NCBI GenBank assembly: GCA_035221665.1
Contig: CM069163.1
Span: 21,328,001 to 21,392,000 of the forward strand
Reading direction: 5' to 3'
From: Okamejei kenojei
Lineage: Eukaryota
Length of the DNA: 64,000 bases
This document shows positions 1-12,830 of the stretch, piece by piece. The notes under the pieces were generated by a model. That model saw only the letters and a list, made by a program, of their open reading frames with translations, did not search any database and was not told the DNA's origin. A program made the position numbers and the translations under genes. The stretch's first letter is position 1, and every line of letters starts with the position of its first letter.

Positions 1-335
1 GCAGATTGGTCTCCTCTCCTGTCAGTCACCGCTTGGATGGCGAAGCCCCTTCCTGCACCATTGCCACACTGATTGGCCGCATCCGCTGTCAGTCACCGGC
101 GGTGCCCGGCATTGCAGACGCAGCCTCCGATCGGCGTGGCCTTCGTTCGCCGCAGCCTCTGGTCAAGGCAACCTCCGGTCAGAGGAGCGGCAACCTCGAG
201 ATCCAGGGGAGATGAGGAGGGAGAGTGGGGGATTTGAGGGAGAGGAGGATGGAGGGAGGGGGAAAGTGGGGGACGTGAGGAGGGAGTGTGGGAGAGGAGG
301 GGCTAGAGGGAGAGGAGGTGGGTAGGGGAACCTAT
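1..335. repeat. CpG-rich segment followed by a GA-rich purine tract; probably the end of an unclassified transposon
   Basis: Repeated motif gattgg...ctgtcagtcacc (1-100); purine tract ~205-330; composition contrasts with the AT-rich flank. Confidence 0.4.
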
Positions 336-364
336 ATAGTGAATACAATTTGGTTTCCTCAAAC

Positions 365-480
365 AGCTGGTAGGACAACCAATGAGAGAATGGGTATTTA
401 GATCTAGTTCTGTGCAATGAGCAAGGGTTAATCAGTACATTGCTGGTCGAGAGGCCTTTAGGGAACAGTCGTCAATATAC
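365..480 (+). mobile_element. Degenerate CR1 ORF2 endonuclease-domain fragment
   Basis: Reads LDLVLCNEQGLISTLLVERPLGNS, resembling the CR1 APE end motif LDLVL...LG.SDH. Confidence 0.6.
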
Positions 481-965
481 AAGATTCAAGAGAGTTTATT
501 GTCATGTGTCCCTGATAGGACAATGAAATTCTTGCTTTGCTTCAGCACAACAGAACATAGTAGGCATGTCTACAGAACAGATCAGTGTGTCCATATACCA
601 TTATATAAATATATACACACATGAATAAATAAACTGACAAAGTGCAAATAAACAGATAATGGGCTATATTAATGTTCAGGTTTTGTCCGAGCCAAGTTTA
701 ATAGCCTGATGGCTGTGGGGAAGTAGCTATTCCTGAACCTGGTCGTTGCAGTCTTCAGGCTCCTGTACCTTCTAGCTGAAGGTAGCGGGGAGATGAGTGT
801 GTGGCCAGGATGGTGTGGGTCCTTGATGATATTGCCTGCCTTTTTGAGGCAGCGACTGCGATAGATCCCCTCGATGGCAGGGAGATCAGAGCCGATGATG
901 GACTGGGCAGTGTTTACTACTTTTTGTAGTCTTTTCCGCTCCAGGGCGCTCAAGTTTCCGAACCA
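481..965 (-). mobile_element. Rex1/Babar-type LINE, 3' end
   Basis: ORF 669..953 (LQKVVNTAQSIIG...KDPHHPGH..ISPLPSARRYRS...RFRNSYFPTAIRLLN) is the typical Rex/Babar C-terminus; 3' UTR ends in AATAAA and ttgaatctt. Confidence 0.85.
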
Positions 966-3037
966 AGGTTTACTTTGATATATGCTTCCAGTTCATTTGC
1001 TTGTATATTCCTTAGCTCATTGTGGAATTGGGCATCTAAATTGATCCTTGTAGTTAAATGACTAATCCTAGAGCTTGTCTGATTTGGGTTGATGTCTCAT
1101 TAACATTGACAGGTTGTGGTTGGCTGCAGCTCAGCAGCAAATTATTTTTCAGTGTCAGATGTCTGTACAAGAAGTTTCCAGTTTACCTGGGAGATGGTTA
1201 CAGTTACTCTTGTCAACCTTTACGATAGAAAGTGTAATACATTTGTCTGACCTTGTGGACAGATTTTCCAAAGGTGCTCCTATATAATATGATATATGAT
1301 GTATCTTGGTTTAATGTTTTCAAATCTTCTGTACATTATATAAAACATAATGTAAAGTAGCTTGAATCCACATGCCATAAATTGCATTTGGTTTCCAATA
1401 TCACCATCTGAATTGTTCTTGTAATAAGTGAAAATGAGAATTGACATTTGACTGAAAAATTGATCTGAAGGGAATAGTCATACTTGGAGAAAATGCTATT
1501 AAATTACTGTCTTTAAGTGAAGATCTGAGATTTGTGCCAGAATTTAGCTCTGACTTCCCACCATTTAATATTTCTATTACTTCTGAGAAGATAAGTTACT
1601 CAGCGTTTCAGCTATGACATCTTAACTGCAAACGGCCAATATTTATTTCTTGATCTCTCATGGGCTTGCAACATTTAAATTGAAAAATCTGAGCATCAAC
1701 AGTGTCCCAGCAGAATGCTGCCATAATGTAAAATAAGATAATGGAGTTCTTCCAAGTAGTGTGAAACTACAACCATTCACAATTCTGCACATCTGTAATA
1801 AAGTAAGTAGAAAGGATTGCCTTTAGTAGTTCGACCATTAACCCATATTCTGCCATTTAAACTTATTACGTAGTGCATTCTTTTATCAATTGTTAAGGAA
1901 TACAGGATGGATTTAAGATGAAATGCACCAAAACGTAATCGCATTTTCTCTCCTCACTTCTATTGGGCATTCACACTGAACAATTAATTGTAGAAAGCAT
2001 GATCAAATTCACAATTTCCACCAATTCTGCAGCAAACAATATATTGGTGTGGTGCCTGAGCTATTAAAACCAAAAACAGACTATAATAAATTCTGACGCT
2101 ACATTCAATGGAAAAAGCTAGCAATGACCGAAGAGAACCCTGACAGTTTGTAATGAAAAATAAGGAAATCAACGGGAATTAAACTATGCTCAGCATGTCA
2201 TCACGGGAGATGACACAAAAGACAAGCCAAACATATAAGAAAACCTCAGCTCTAATGAGAATGAGGAATGGAAGGAAGGAACTATTAGTAAAATAAAATG
2301 TCAGAAACATTGGTAATGCAAAATGCGTCAGATGATCTGTGCTTAAATGAGGCTTTTTTCAGAGACTTCAGGGATAACAAACTGGAGTTTTATTATAGGT
2401 CCTACACAAACTAACTAATAAATAATCTTATCCCCATATCCATGCTACTCATTCATGCCAAAACATTTTTAACAGTTTTTATTGTGATAGAGCAGGAAAA
2501 ATAGTCAATAGAATTGCGTAAAGCATCTCAAAGTATACCATTAATTTTGCTTGCAATCTATTTTTACCACATTAATCAGTACTAATATTATTTATTCTGT
2601 TGTTTCTTACAACAAAGAAATACATTCAGGCGATACAGTCACATATTTTAACAATGTGGCTCACTTGAGTTATATTTTATCTTTAAAGATCTCATCAGAT
2701 TTTATTGTTATCTTTGCCACTGTTCTAGACAATGATTTTAGGCCTGAAATTCCTGGGAGTTTGTTAAGCAGGCATAGGTAAAATATGGCAAAGTAGGATA
2801 CATACCTGCACTAACTAGAACCTAAGAATACCATCCCAAAACACAAGAGTAGGGTAATCTTCATGGTCAAGTTTTGCCACCCATCTCTCGAAGAGCATAT
2901 CATGAGCTCACTCTGACATTTATTTCAGAGGTTGAATCAGTACCATCATATCCAAACAGCAGTAGATGTCTTGCAAGATTCAATAAATTGTGTCCTCTTC
3001 TGAATATATCTGCTGACAGAAGAATTTCCCAGAGAAT

Positions 3038-3380
3038 GTGTATAAAATCATGAGAGGAATAGATTGGGTAGATGCACATAGTGTCTTGCCCACAGTAGGG
3101 GAATCGAGGACCAGAGGACCTCTGGGTCACCTTAGGTTTAAGGTGAAGGGGAAAAGATTTAATAGGAATCTAAGGGGTTACTTCTTCACACAAATGGTGG
3201 TGGGTGTATGGAACAAGCTATCAGAGGAGGTAGTTGAGGCTGGGACTATCCCAATATTTAAGAAACAGACAGGTACATGGATAGGACAGGTTTGGAGGGA
3301 TATGGACCAAGCGCAGGCAGGTGGGACTAGTGCAGTTGGGACATGTTGGCCGTAAGGCCTGTTTCCACACTGTATCACTT
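3038..3380 (+). mobile_element. CR1 LINE 3' end (5'-truncated)
   Basis: YKIMRGID...RTRG...FFTQ.VVGVWNKL motif plus 3' UTR; near-identical to 47998-48380. Confidence 0.9.
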
Positions 3381-4074
3381 TGTGTAAACATTCTCTTTCT
3401 GGATTATCAACCTGCCTTTGGTAAACATTTTCAGGAGAGTTCAGTGCACCTCATTCTATCTCCCATCTTTTCAACTTTTCTTTCCAATTAACTAACACTC
3501 TGAAAAATATTTAATACCCTTAGCTTTCATAGGATGAAGAGTTTTCAAAGATTATATGAGACCTAAAATTATAGTAAATTGTTAATGACGATGATGGAAG
3601 TTAAATGACCATTATGAGGTGTTAAGAAGGTCCCATCCCAAAACCTGCCTATCCATGTCCTCCAGTGATGCTTCCTGACCCGCTGGCTTATTCTAACACT
3701 TTGTGTTTTAAATAACTGTGAAAGATATCTAATTGTAAAGTCAAAAAACAATAACTCTTTGAGGCGCTTCAGACCATCTTATTGACTATTTACCTAAATG
3801 CATTTCAAAGAGCTGTTTTAGTGCTCGGCCTAATAAACATTGAATGGCCGAGAGGTTGTTTTGATAGTATTGAACTCTGTGTTTATTTCATATTCCTCCA
3901 TTACTTTAATGTTGGATTTAAATGTAAACCAATGGCAGAGAGATGTCAAAGGGTAAAGGTTTCATCTGTTGGCTGTAACAAAATCATAAATATAACCAAC
4001 AAAATCACATTTATATCATTGCTGAAATAAACTGATATAAATATCATTGCTGATATAAATGACATTTATATCAT

Positions 4075-4163
4075 TGGATGATCAGCCATGATCATATCGA
4101 ATGGCGGTGCAGGCTCGAAGGGTCGAATAGCCGACTCCTGCACCTATTTTCTATGTTTCTATG
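4075..4163 (+). mobile_element. CR1 3' UTR fragment
   Basis: gatcagccatgatcatat...ctcctgcacct followed by (ttctatg)n tail; same family as 11757-11840. Confidence 0.8.
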
Positions 4164-6268
4164 CTTTAAAAGTTAACATATTTTCCCTCCATAATGGCAA
4201 AACCTGCATTCAGTCATTGCCAGCTGCACATTCCAAACATTGTCACATGATTGTTCTATGATATAAGACTGGCATGCATCAGAAATCATTGGTGATCCTA
4301 ACATTTAGCTCATCTGGATTTTAATTGGAAGCCTCGCCAGATATTTGCAGGATTGAGCAAATAGAGGCAGTTAGGAATGCAGAAACATCTCTTTGTAGAA
4401 TCTAAAGTATATCTAACACATAAACAACAACGTATGCTTTGTTTCTCTTCCTGCCTAATCAACAGGCTGCATTCCAGTCTGATTAGTACTCTGCACTTCT
4501 ATTTGCTTGGCACATTTTTGGGGACAATTTCTAAAGTGTTTCAGTTGTCACAATTTTGTTGTAGCCCATTTGTAAAGTGCAGGTCCTGTCAAAAATTTAC
4601 AAAATTAGCACCATTCATCAGGAAAGCTATCCAACTCTGTTTAATGTTTGAAAATATTGGTATTTGGAAAGGTTGACATTGATTAGTAGATAGTACAAAG
4701 GCAGTTTTCTAAAGAATACACAGATAGTGAAAAAAACAAAATTGTGGGTAGAAACATGGAGGATCTATGTGGGAAAAAGTAATGCATGCTATATTGTGGG
4801 CATATTTTTCTTTATGTATTTGTAAACAACATAATCTAAAGCAGAATATACAACAACAGAAAAATAAATTCACATCAAACTGAATTTATATGGAGACAGT
4901 TGAGACCGCAATGTGAAATATCATGTCATGCGTTGGCCACAACTACTTGGTCAAGTGAATGCTTGAATGTGTTCAAATGATGTTTACACCTAATGGCAAT
5001 TATTACCACTGTCATCTTTGGGGAGGAACAAGGATCTTCTGCTCATTTATTTAATCAAATAGAATTTCACAAAAGATTAATGTCAGTAAATTTGCTCTCT
5101 TCAAGAAAAAGACCCAGGCAAATTGAAGAGGAACAACCTGAAAAAGACAAATGAGAAAATGTATGCGAGTGCTTCACATCCTGACCAAAGTGGCTTCCTG
5201 AGCCAGTCCTATTTGCCTCGACAGATCAATAGGCTAATGATCTATTGGCCTCTATCAGGGAAAGTGGGGATTTGGCAGCCGGAAATTACAAGATCAACCG
5301 TGATCTTATTGAATGTCAAGGGGTTTTAGGACTTCTTTAGGTGCATTACCAATATCCTCAGTTGCACAGTACTAAAATCTAAGTACATTACTACAACTTT
5401 GACATGAATAATTGCACAAGCAAATCATTTATTTCTTATTAACTCACACGTTAAATGCGGCAAATAAAATGAGTTACAGGTGACATTTTACACTGAGAGT
5501 AAATCTAGAATCACCTGAGTCATTGGTCACCAGAGTACATACAAAAAAAGAGACGAACTGGATTTAACTAGGGTATTGCTCCACAGTCGAAAATTTGATC
5601 CAGTTAGTTTTGCAATTCAAATCAAAGGGGCGTCATGGTGCTCTCAAATCAAACAGAAAATAACCAACCCCCACAGTTTATGTGAGCAGAAATTTTATCA
5701 ATATTTGGCTGAAGAATATTGATGTCTGCACGATGTAAATATGGAGATTTTCCATTTTACTGCATAAGAAACGAAAGGTTATCAGCATCTCTAAAATAAA
5801 GAAAAAAGGTATTATTTTAAATTATTTTTACTTAATCATGGAATTCTCTGACTTAACCTTGGACACTTAGATTGTATAAATTCAAGTTGTAGGTTTCTTC
5901 TGTGTGTCTCTTACAACGGCAACAACTGAGCTACAAGGCGTATAGAGTGTTTTCGACTATGTGACAAATTAACAAAAATTACCTTTTATAGAATGAAGAG
6001 GAAAAGGAATAAATGAAAGTATGTTTCATTAGTAAACACAACTGAACAGAGGAAGCTGACAAAACTGGGAAAAGTAAAGTAACTGATCACACCAAATTCA
6101 ATCCATCTTTCTCCACAGATATTACCTGTCTTGTTGAATATTTCCTGCACTTCAGATTCCTGTCAGTTTGCTCATCTATCATTTATTGCTGAATGAATAT
6201 TGAGCCTGACCACTGGTGTAGTTAAGCTGTTTAATCCAAAATTTTCAATGCCAGGGAATATGATGAAA

Positions 6269-6467
6269 TATGGAGAAAAATGGAGCTGCAGATGCTGGTT
6301 TACACAAAAGGACACAATGTACTGGAGTTACACAGCAGGTTAGGCAGCATCTCTGGAAAACATGGATAGGTGGAGTTTTGTGTCGGGACCAGTCTTTCTC
6401 GAAATGCCACCTATCCATGTTCTCCAGAGATTGCCCTGTTGACTTACACTAGTACTTTGTGTCTCTT
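6269..6467. mobile_element. Short inverted pair of PLE terminal-repeat fragments
   Basis: Arms tctctggaaaacatggataggtgg / ccacctatccatgttctccagaga; flanked by direct repeat tatgatgaaa (6259-6268, 6468-6477). Confidence 0.7.
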
Positions 6468-7791
6468 TATGATGAAAGCTGGAACTGGAGAAATAACTGG
6501 AAAAGCTGAAAATCAGATCAAATAAAAAGCTATCACTTGGCAGGACAGGAGGGGCTGGAAGGTTGGTCTGAATTGATCTGGTCAGCGTCTCCTTGTCAAT
6601 TCTGATTTTTATTAGAGTCAAACCCGGAGGGAAGATGAGGTTTATGCATCAATTAACCCAAATGTAATTGTAATTAATTCATTAGCCAAGTATGTAAACA
6701 TATGTGCTGACTGCCTCTTCCATTAGGAAAGCCACACAAGGGGATGTTAAACATTGTGACAAGTTAGACGAGCTGAAAGACCCATGATTTTCTTTTGGAT
6801 TGAGTGGATTATTTTATACTGTAATGTGAGGGTTTTTTTTAAAAACTGAAATCTGTTTCATGTAAAGTAAACTTCCCTCATTTCACAGGGAAGAAATTAG
6901 TTGCATGGTTTCAAAAACAAAACCAAAATATACTTGAAATTATTTTTGAGCAGATTCTGAGATGAAGCAATTTTAAAAGTTCAGTTCATTCTAAAAATAT
7001 TACTATTTGAATAATCTTACAGCGTAATCATTCACAGAATGAATCTGTGCTTCCAGCAACTTGACATTTTTTCCCCCCCTGTTTCCACTCTGAATGATGA
7101 TGCCTAGGCGGGGGTGGGGATGATGATGTGATAGTTACTGGAATTAATTCAAGAATGTGCTGCTTCCTTCACTAACCTAATCTTTAATGAAGCATGTCAG
7201 GTTGAGTAAACTTGTTAGAATTCATTTTTAGCTAATTGGCCGAGTCCTGCTGCTTCTGTCCAATCAATTTATGGAGATGTGTATCACACCCTTGAGTCTC
7301 TAGTGGTCTTGTTGTGTGTCAGTCTGAGGAAGAAAGGGCAAAGTGATTACCAACAGCAAGTGTCAGCCCAGGAAAGGGATTGTTTGCAACTGTACCTGTT
7401 AATCTTGTTGTTGTTGTCAATATGGGAACATATTTTACAATAATTTACTTCTTTACAAATTAATATTTAATTCATTCTATTATTCTTCTCTTTACTGCTT
7501 TCCAAAGTAAGCAATGTCACCAGCCAACAAAAGGCAGACGTCTATATATATTACTAAAACTCTCATCTTGTTTGTTAGCATGTCTGTGATTCTGTCTGTC
7601 TGTGTGTCTGGCTGCGCTGAGTGTGATCCTGAAATTACAGCAAAACGGTACATGATAGCGCTACAATATTTGGACCACCTTATCCACCATTGCCCTGTGG
7701 TGTGGTGTATCAAAGTTACGTTCAGATTGATGGTATAATTTGCAAGTTATTCACATTTTTAACTTTAAAAAATCCAGTTTGAGAAAAATCA

Positions 7792-8346
7792 TCCCCATCA
7801 GCATGTGACTCCATGCGGTGAGCGCGACCTAACGTGGTCGCTTGAGCCGTCCGGCCTCGCGGGGCCGGTCCCACTTCGATCTTGGGGCCATATGGAGTTG
7901 TGCGGAGCTGGTCCCGACATCGCGCGGGGTCTGAAAATCTGACCGTGTTCAAAAATTCCGCGCGGCAACGGCCTGTCGGCCCGCAGCTACCTCGACGCAT
8001 TACGCACCGCCTCACGTCGTGCCTCCATGTCCCTCTCTATATGTGCCTCCGTGACCCTCTCTGTGTGCCTCCGTGGCCCTCTCTTTGTGTCCCCCTCTTT
8101 GTGCCTCCGTGACCCTCTCTCTGTGTGCCTCCGTGACCCTCTCTATGTGCCTCCGTGACCCTCTCTGTGTGCCTCCATGCCCCTCTCTGTGTGTCCCTCT
8201 CTGTCCTTGCGAACGTACCACGGACTTCGCTCCAACTTCGCTCCAACTTCGCGCCACGTCGCGCCACTCACCCGACCTCCGCCAAGCCCCCACTGCTGGT
8301 TTGGTCGCGCTCGCCGCATGCAGGCGCGTGCTGGTGGGACCGGCCC
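7792..8346. mobile_element. PIF/Harbinger-type MITE nested in the Helitron
   Basis: Imperfect ~40-bp TIRs: tccccatcagcatgtgactccatgcggtgagcgcgacc versus ggtcgcgctcgccgcatgcaggcgcgtgctggtgggaccggccct. Right end resembles the TIRs at 32929 and 62987; left TIR lacks its outer ~8 bp. Confidence 0.6.
8019..8203. repeat. Minisatellite, ~22-24 bp unit (gtgcctccgtgaccctctct..)
   Basis: About 8 degenerate tandem copies. Confidence 0.9.
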
Positions 8347-8483
8347 TGTAGCAGCTATTGTGTCACAATGGGATCTCATTTACATAATCTGCCCGTCAGC
8401 AGTTTCCACCCCACACTGACATCACAATGGGATCTCATTTACATATTAAAAAACAGCAGCTTCCACCTCATAATTATGTCAAC

Positions 8484-9115
8484 GGGGGTAGGGAGGGAGT
8501 GACTGAGGGTAGGGGAAAGGAGAGGGTGAGGTGAGGGAGGGAGTGGAAGAGGGGAGGATGAGATGGGAGAGAAGATGGAGGGTGAAGAGGAGGGGGAGGA
8601 AATGTTGGGGATGAGGGGAAATGATACGTGCCTACTCAGTTGGGGGCTATGGGTGAGTGGTGGAATATTGCATTGGGGAAAGGGTTGCGTTGGGGGAACA
8701 GGTGAGTGGTGGAAATGGGTTGCGTTGGGGGAATGGATGAGTGGTGGAATATTGCGTTGGGGAAACGGCGCCCAAAAGATCAGGGGGTAGGGAGGGGAGA
8801 GGAGTTTTGCAGGGTGGGAGGGAGTGACATGAGGGTAGGGAGTGACTGAGGGAAGGGGAAAGGAGAGAGTGGAGGAGGGAGGAAGTGTCTGAGGGTAGGG
8901 GAAAGGAGAGGGAGGGAGGTGAGGGAGGGAGTGGAGGGGGAGTGAGAGGGGAGAAAGAGGGAGGATGAAGAGGAAGGAGAGGGAGCGTTGGGGAATGAGG
9001 GGAAATGAGCAGTGCCTGCATAGTTGGGGGCTATGGGTGAGTGGTGGAATATTGCGTTGGGGGGATGGGTTGCATTGGAGGAACAAGTGAGTGATGGAAT
9101 ATTGCTTGGGGGGAC
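8484..9115. repeat. G/A-rich internal duplication inside the Helitron
   Basis: Two related blocks (~8484-8780, ~8783-9115), each a purine tract plus repeated gagtggtggaatattgc(a/g)ttgggg. Confidence 0.8.
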
Positions 9116-10589
9116 GGGGCCCAACAGGTCCCACTTGTTCTAGTTTTAACTAAATATGTAATTGTGATTAAGATGTTATGTTGGCATCGTAGTTTTGTTT
9201 GCATATTGCATTTTTCTGAAGAAATCAAGGTGTTTCACAAACATTGAGAAAAAGTGAGATTTCCTTGAGACAATTACCTTTTTTTTGTCACAATCTTGAT
9301 AATGACTTTATCATAAGTACAAACTTACAAACAGCTGTAGAGTATAACCAAATAGTGATTATTTTAATGGAAGTCAGATACGGGATTAGTAAATTTATCC
9401 TGCAGTGTATCAGTATGAGAGAATAAGTTTTGAGCACAGGGAGCAGTGGAGCCATATGAGTTGCGATAATCTGCGCCAACTTGTCCAAGATGCTCTGAAG
9501 ATGTGGTGAAGTAGCCATAACGGAATGGTGGCAACTGTGCACTCATCCATACTTTGTTTCCAGCATCGCAGGTTGCATTGTTCCATTTGTCTATCAATCA
9601 AAGACTTGCATTGGCTCAAATTTAACATTTCTATCTTTGTGTTAAAATGACTTAATTGACTCCATCAGACAACAGCTCCTCCAAGCCAAACCTCAGTTAT
9701 CACCATTGAAGTTTCCAGTTTGCTCTGCCCTCACACCCTATAACCCTCCAAATAATTTTTCAACCTATCTCACCCCCGCGGCTTTGGTTTTACTATTGAT
9801 GCAAAGCCCATCAACCACCTGAGCACCTCAATGGAATTCTAGAAATGAAAGGAATTCATTGATGTCCTTAGGAAAAAAAATCAGTAGTATCCATGCTATC
9901 GTGGTTCATTCTTTTACTGCACCTGTTGACCTACAAACTGCATTGTTGCATCAATTTCAGAATCCTTGTTCTTAACAGATTCTTTCGTAATCAGTACTTT
10001 GCCTTATGCTCTGCACTGGAACATAGAAATCATTATGCTGGCTTGGCTCAGGTTTGCGATTATTTGAGACTTTCAGTAAATGAATTACCTTGTACTATTT
10101 GAGAGCTATTTCCCATAATAAAAAAAACTCATTTATTTTCACTGAGTTTCTGAACACATATACTGTAGATCATGGATTGCCAAAAATGTATTGTTATCTA
10201 TGGACATTTTCCAAGCCATTTTCTTCAACAATTTGCAGTTAAACGATTACATTGTTTGTCAGCAGCTGGGAAAGTGTATGAGAATCTGCGATAAAAGTTG
10301 AAATTAAAAGAACCAGAGTCATTCTGCATTCTTGGATCCAAAGGTTTGCAGCACAGAAGAAAAACATTCGGTCTATCATGACTATGCTGCTTAAATAAAG
10401 GGCCAGTTAGGCCTTTTCCACATTTCAGCTTTTTGCCATAATGTTGTAAGTAACTGCCCTCCAGGTTTTTATCCAGATACTTTTGCCACCAATATTGTTT
10501 TCGCGTGTGAGTTCCAAAGCTCCACGCAGCCATCTAATTCTTCGTATAATTGCATTCAATTCATGTCTCCTACTTACTGAAGTTTCTAC

Positions 10590-10860
10590 AAAGAAAATTG
10601 CACGATCCCGATTAATCTTACCATTACCTCATAATTTCATACACCTCACTTAAACCTCCCCCATAATTCCAAAATAACCCCAACCTGATCTCTCCTTAAA
10701 AGTACATTTCTCCAATTCAAGCAATATCCTCTTAATCTTCTCTGGTCAACTACCTGTTCCATCATATTTTTCACTGTGTTACGGTCTAAATAAAGTTCAA
10801 TGTATCATTTTTTAATGTGATCACACTGCTCTTATATTCTACATTTTAGTCAATAAATCA
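10590..10860 (-). mobile_element. Old degenerate CR1 fragment
   Basis: Reverse complement resembles CR1 RT C-terminal sequence (ctcataattt.atacacctc..., ccaattcaagcaatatcct). Confidence 0.5.
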
Positions 10861-10947
10861 TGTCTTAAATGTTACAAGGATATTTTAAATTCAATTATAA
10901 AGAGTTTTTTAAAAATATAGTAATAGAGCCCTAGAACCCCTAAGGGC

Positions 10948-11910
10948 CTGGAACGCATTGCCAGGGGTGGTGGTAGAGACAGATATGATAGTGGCATTTA
11001 AGAGGCTTTTGGACAGGCACATGGAAATGCAGGACATAAAGGGATATGTCCTTTATGTCCTGCAAAAACAGGAAAGCAGACTATTATCTAAATGATGGCC
11101 GATTAGGAAAAGGGGAGATGCAGCGAGACCTGGGTGTCATGGTACACCAGTCATTGAAAGTAGGCATGCAGGTGCAGCAGGCAGTGAAGAAAGCGAATGG
11201 TATGTTAGCTTTCATAGCAAAAGGATTTGAATATAGGAGCAGGGAGGTTCTACTTCAGTTGTATAGGGTCTTGGTGAGACCACACCTGGAGTATTGCATA
11301 TAGTTCTGGTCTCCAAATCTGAGGAAGGACATTATTGGCATAGAGGGAGTGCAGAGAAGGTTCACCAGACTGATTCCTGGGATGTCAGGACTGTCTTATG
11401 AAGAAAGACTGGATAGACTCGGTTTATACTCTCTAGAATATAGGAGATTGAGAGGGGATCTTATAGAAACTTACAAAATTCTTAAGGGGTTGGACAGGCT
11501 AGATGCAGGAAGATTATTCCCGATGTTGGGGAAGTCCAGGACAAGGGGTCACAGCTTAAGGATAAGGGAGAAATCCTTTAAGACCGAGATGAGAAATACT
11601 TTTTTCACACAGAGAGTGGTGAGTCTCTGGAACTCTCTGCCACAGAGGGTAGTTGAGGCCAGTTCATTGGCTATATTTAAGAGGGAGTTAGATGTGGCCC
11701 TTGTGGCTAAAGGGATCGAGGGTATGGAGAGAAGGCAGGTACGGGATACTGAGTTGGATGATCAGCCATGATCATATTGAATGGCGGTGCAGGCTCGAAG
11801 GGCCGAATGGCCTGCTCCTGCACCTAATTTCTATTCTATGATATGGATCACGATCAGATGAGATCAGTTCAGCAAGGCATCACGTTCAGCCCATTCCTGA
11901 TCTATGTTCC
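10948..11910 (+). mobile_element. Older CR1 3' end split by a younger CR1 insertion
   Basis: [25 protein letters not shown] at 10949-11045; its 3' UTR resumes after 11840. Confidence 0.7.
11062..11839 (+). mobile_element. Younger CR1 LINE 3' part (RT C-terminus and 3' UTR)
   Basis: ORFs 11046..11303 and 11349..11771 ([42 protein letters not shown]); candidate TSD gatatg at 11043-11048 and 11840-11845. Confidence 0.93.
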
Positions 11911-12339
11911 ATCTCTTCCGATATGTTTGTGACACTATCAAATGATCAGTGGGCTGGAGCAACCTATGGGAATCCCAGGTGAATGCAGAAGTGATGATAA
12001 TTACTTGATTTTTAGTTTATTCTTATTAATTTGCTTAAAATGTGATATATGTTTCATACTGATCAGATTGGTTAAATCTAAATAGATATAATTTAGTTTC
12101 TTATCTATTGGCAAATGGATACAATTTTATACTTTGAATATCAGTTTCAGATTTTAAGTAAACAAGCACAAGCAATCCATCATAACTGCCTGAAATGAAA
12201 AACTAATTCATATTCCTTAATCCATCTCAGAGAAGAGAAACGCATGGATAGAAAATGAAAATATACTGTTGTTGTTCAGTAAAGGCACAATGGGCTTGTT
12301 CACAAACCCTGTATTCAGCCAAAGATATAATTTCATCTT

Positions 12340-12830
12340 TTATGAAAATTTGTGTATTTTGCAAGGAGATCTGCAAGAGACATCTGGAGAGGAAGTGGAG
12401 AAAACTGCCTTCTTGCCGTTTTATGAATTTTTTTGTGATAAGTTCCCTTTGTTGAGATTGTTTACTGTGGCTCGAAGTTGTGGCATGGCTCAAACTGCAG
12501 TACATCATGCTGAGGTTAAGAGATGAAACAAACATTTTTATATAGTTTTGGAAAAACCTAGGACAAGAGGATATAACCTTAAAATTAGAGCCAGGCCTTT
12601 CAGAAGAGTAATTAGTAACCACTTCTTTAATTAAAAAATTGAAGATGTTTGGAAATAATTCTGGCAAAAGGTTGCAAGAGCAGGCTCAACTAATAGTTTT
12701 AAGTCTCGTATTTGCACAACCATGAGTTTTAAATAATATGGAGCCACAACGGATAAATGAAGTTAGAATACGAAGCAGTTTCAACCTTAGTAAGAATGCT
12801 TGAAAGCTGAATTACATTGAATTCTCAATT
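12340..12830 (+). mobile_element. Highly degenerate CR1 3' fragment
   Basis: Residual aaaacctaggacaagaggatataaccttaaaattagagccaggcctttcag (TRGH.LKIR motif) and tail. Confidence 0.55.

Larger units (their letters stand above)
7541..9143 (+). mobile_element. Non-autonomous Helitron
   Basis: 5' TC (tctatatatattactaaaac); 3' GC-rich hairpin ggggcc-caaca-ggtccc (9116-9132) just before terminal CTAG (9140-9143), followed by T; no TSD. The base 5' of the element is G rather than the canonical A. Confidence 0.75.

Noticed and set aside
8019-8203. CRISPR-like array
   Set aside because: Units are contiguous tandem repeats with no unique spacers, in a vertebrate intron with no cas genes; it is a minisatellite.
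8012-9134. Long ORFs (up to 231 aa; Pro/Ser/Leu-rich or HREGHGGT repeats)
   Set aside because: By-products of low-complexity repeats within the Helitron; open in many frames on both strands.
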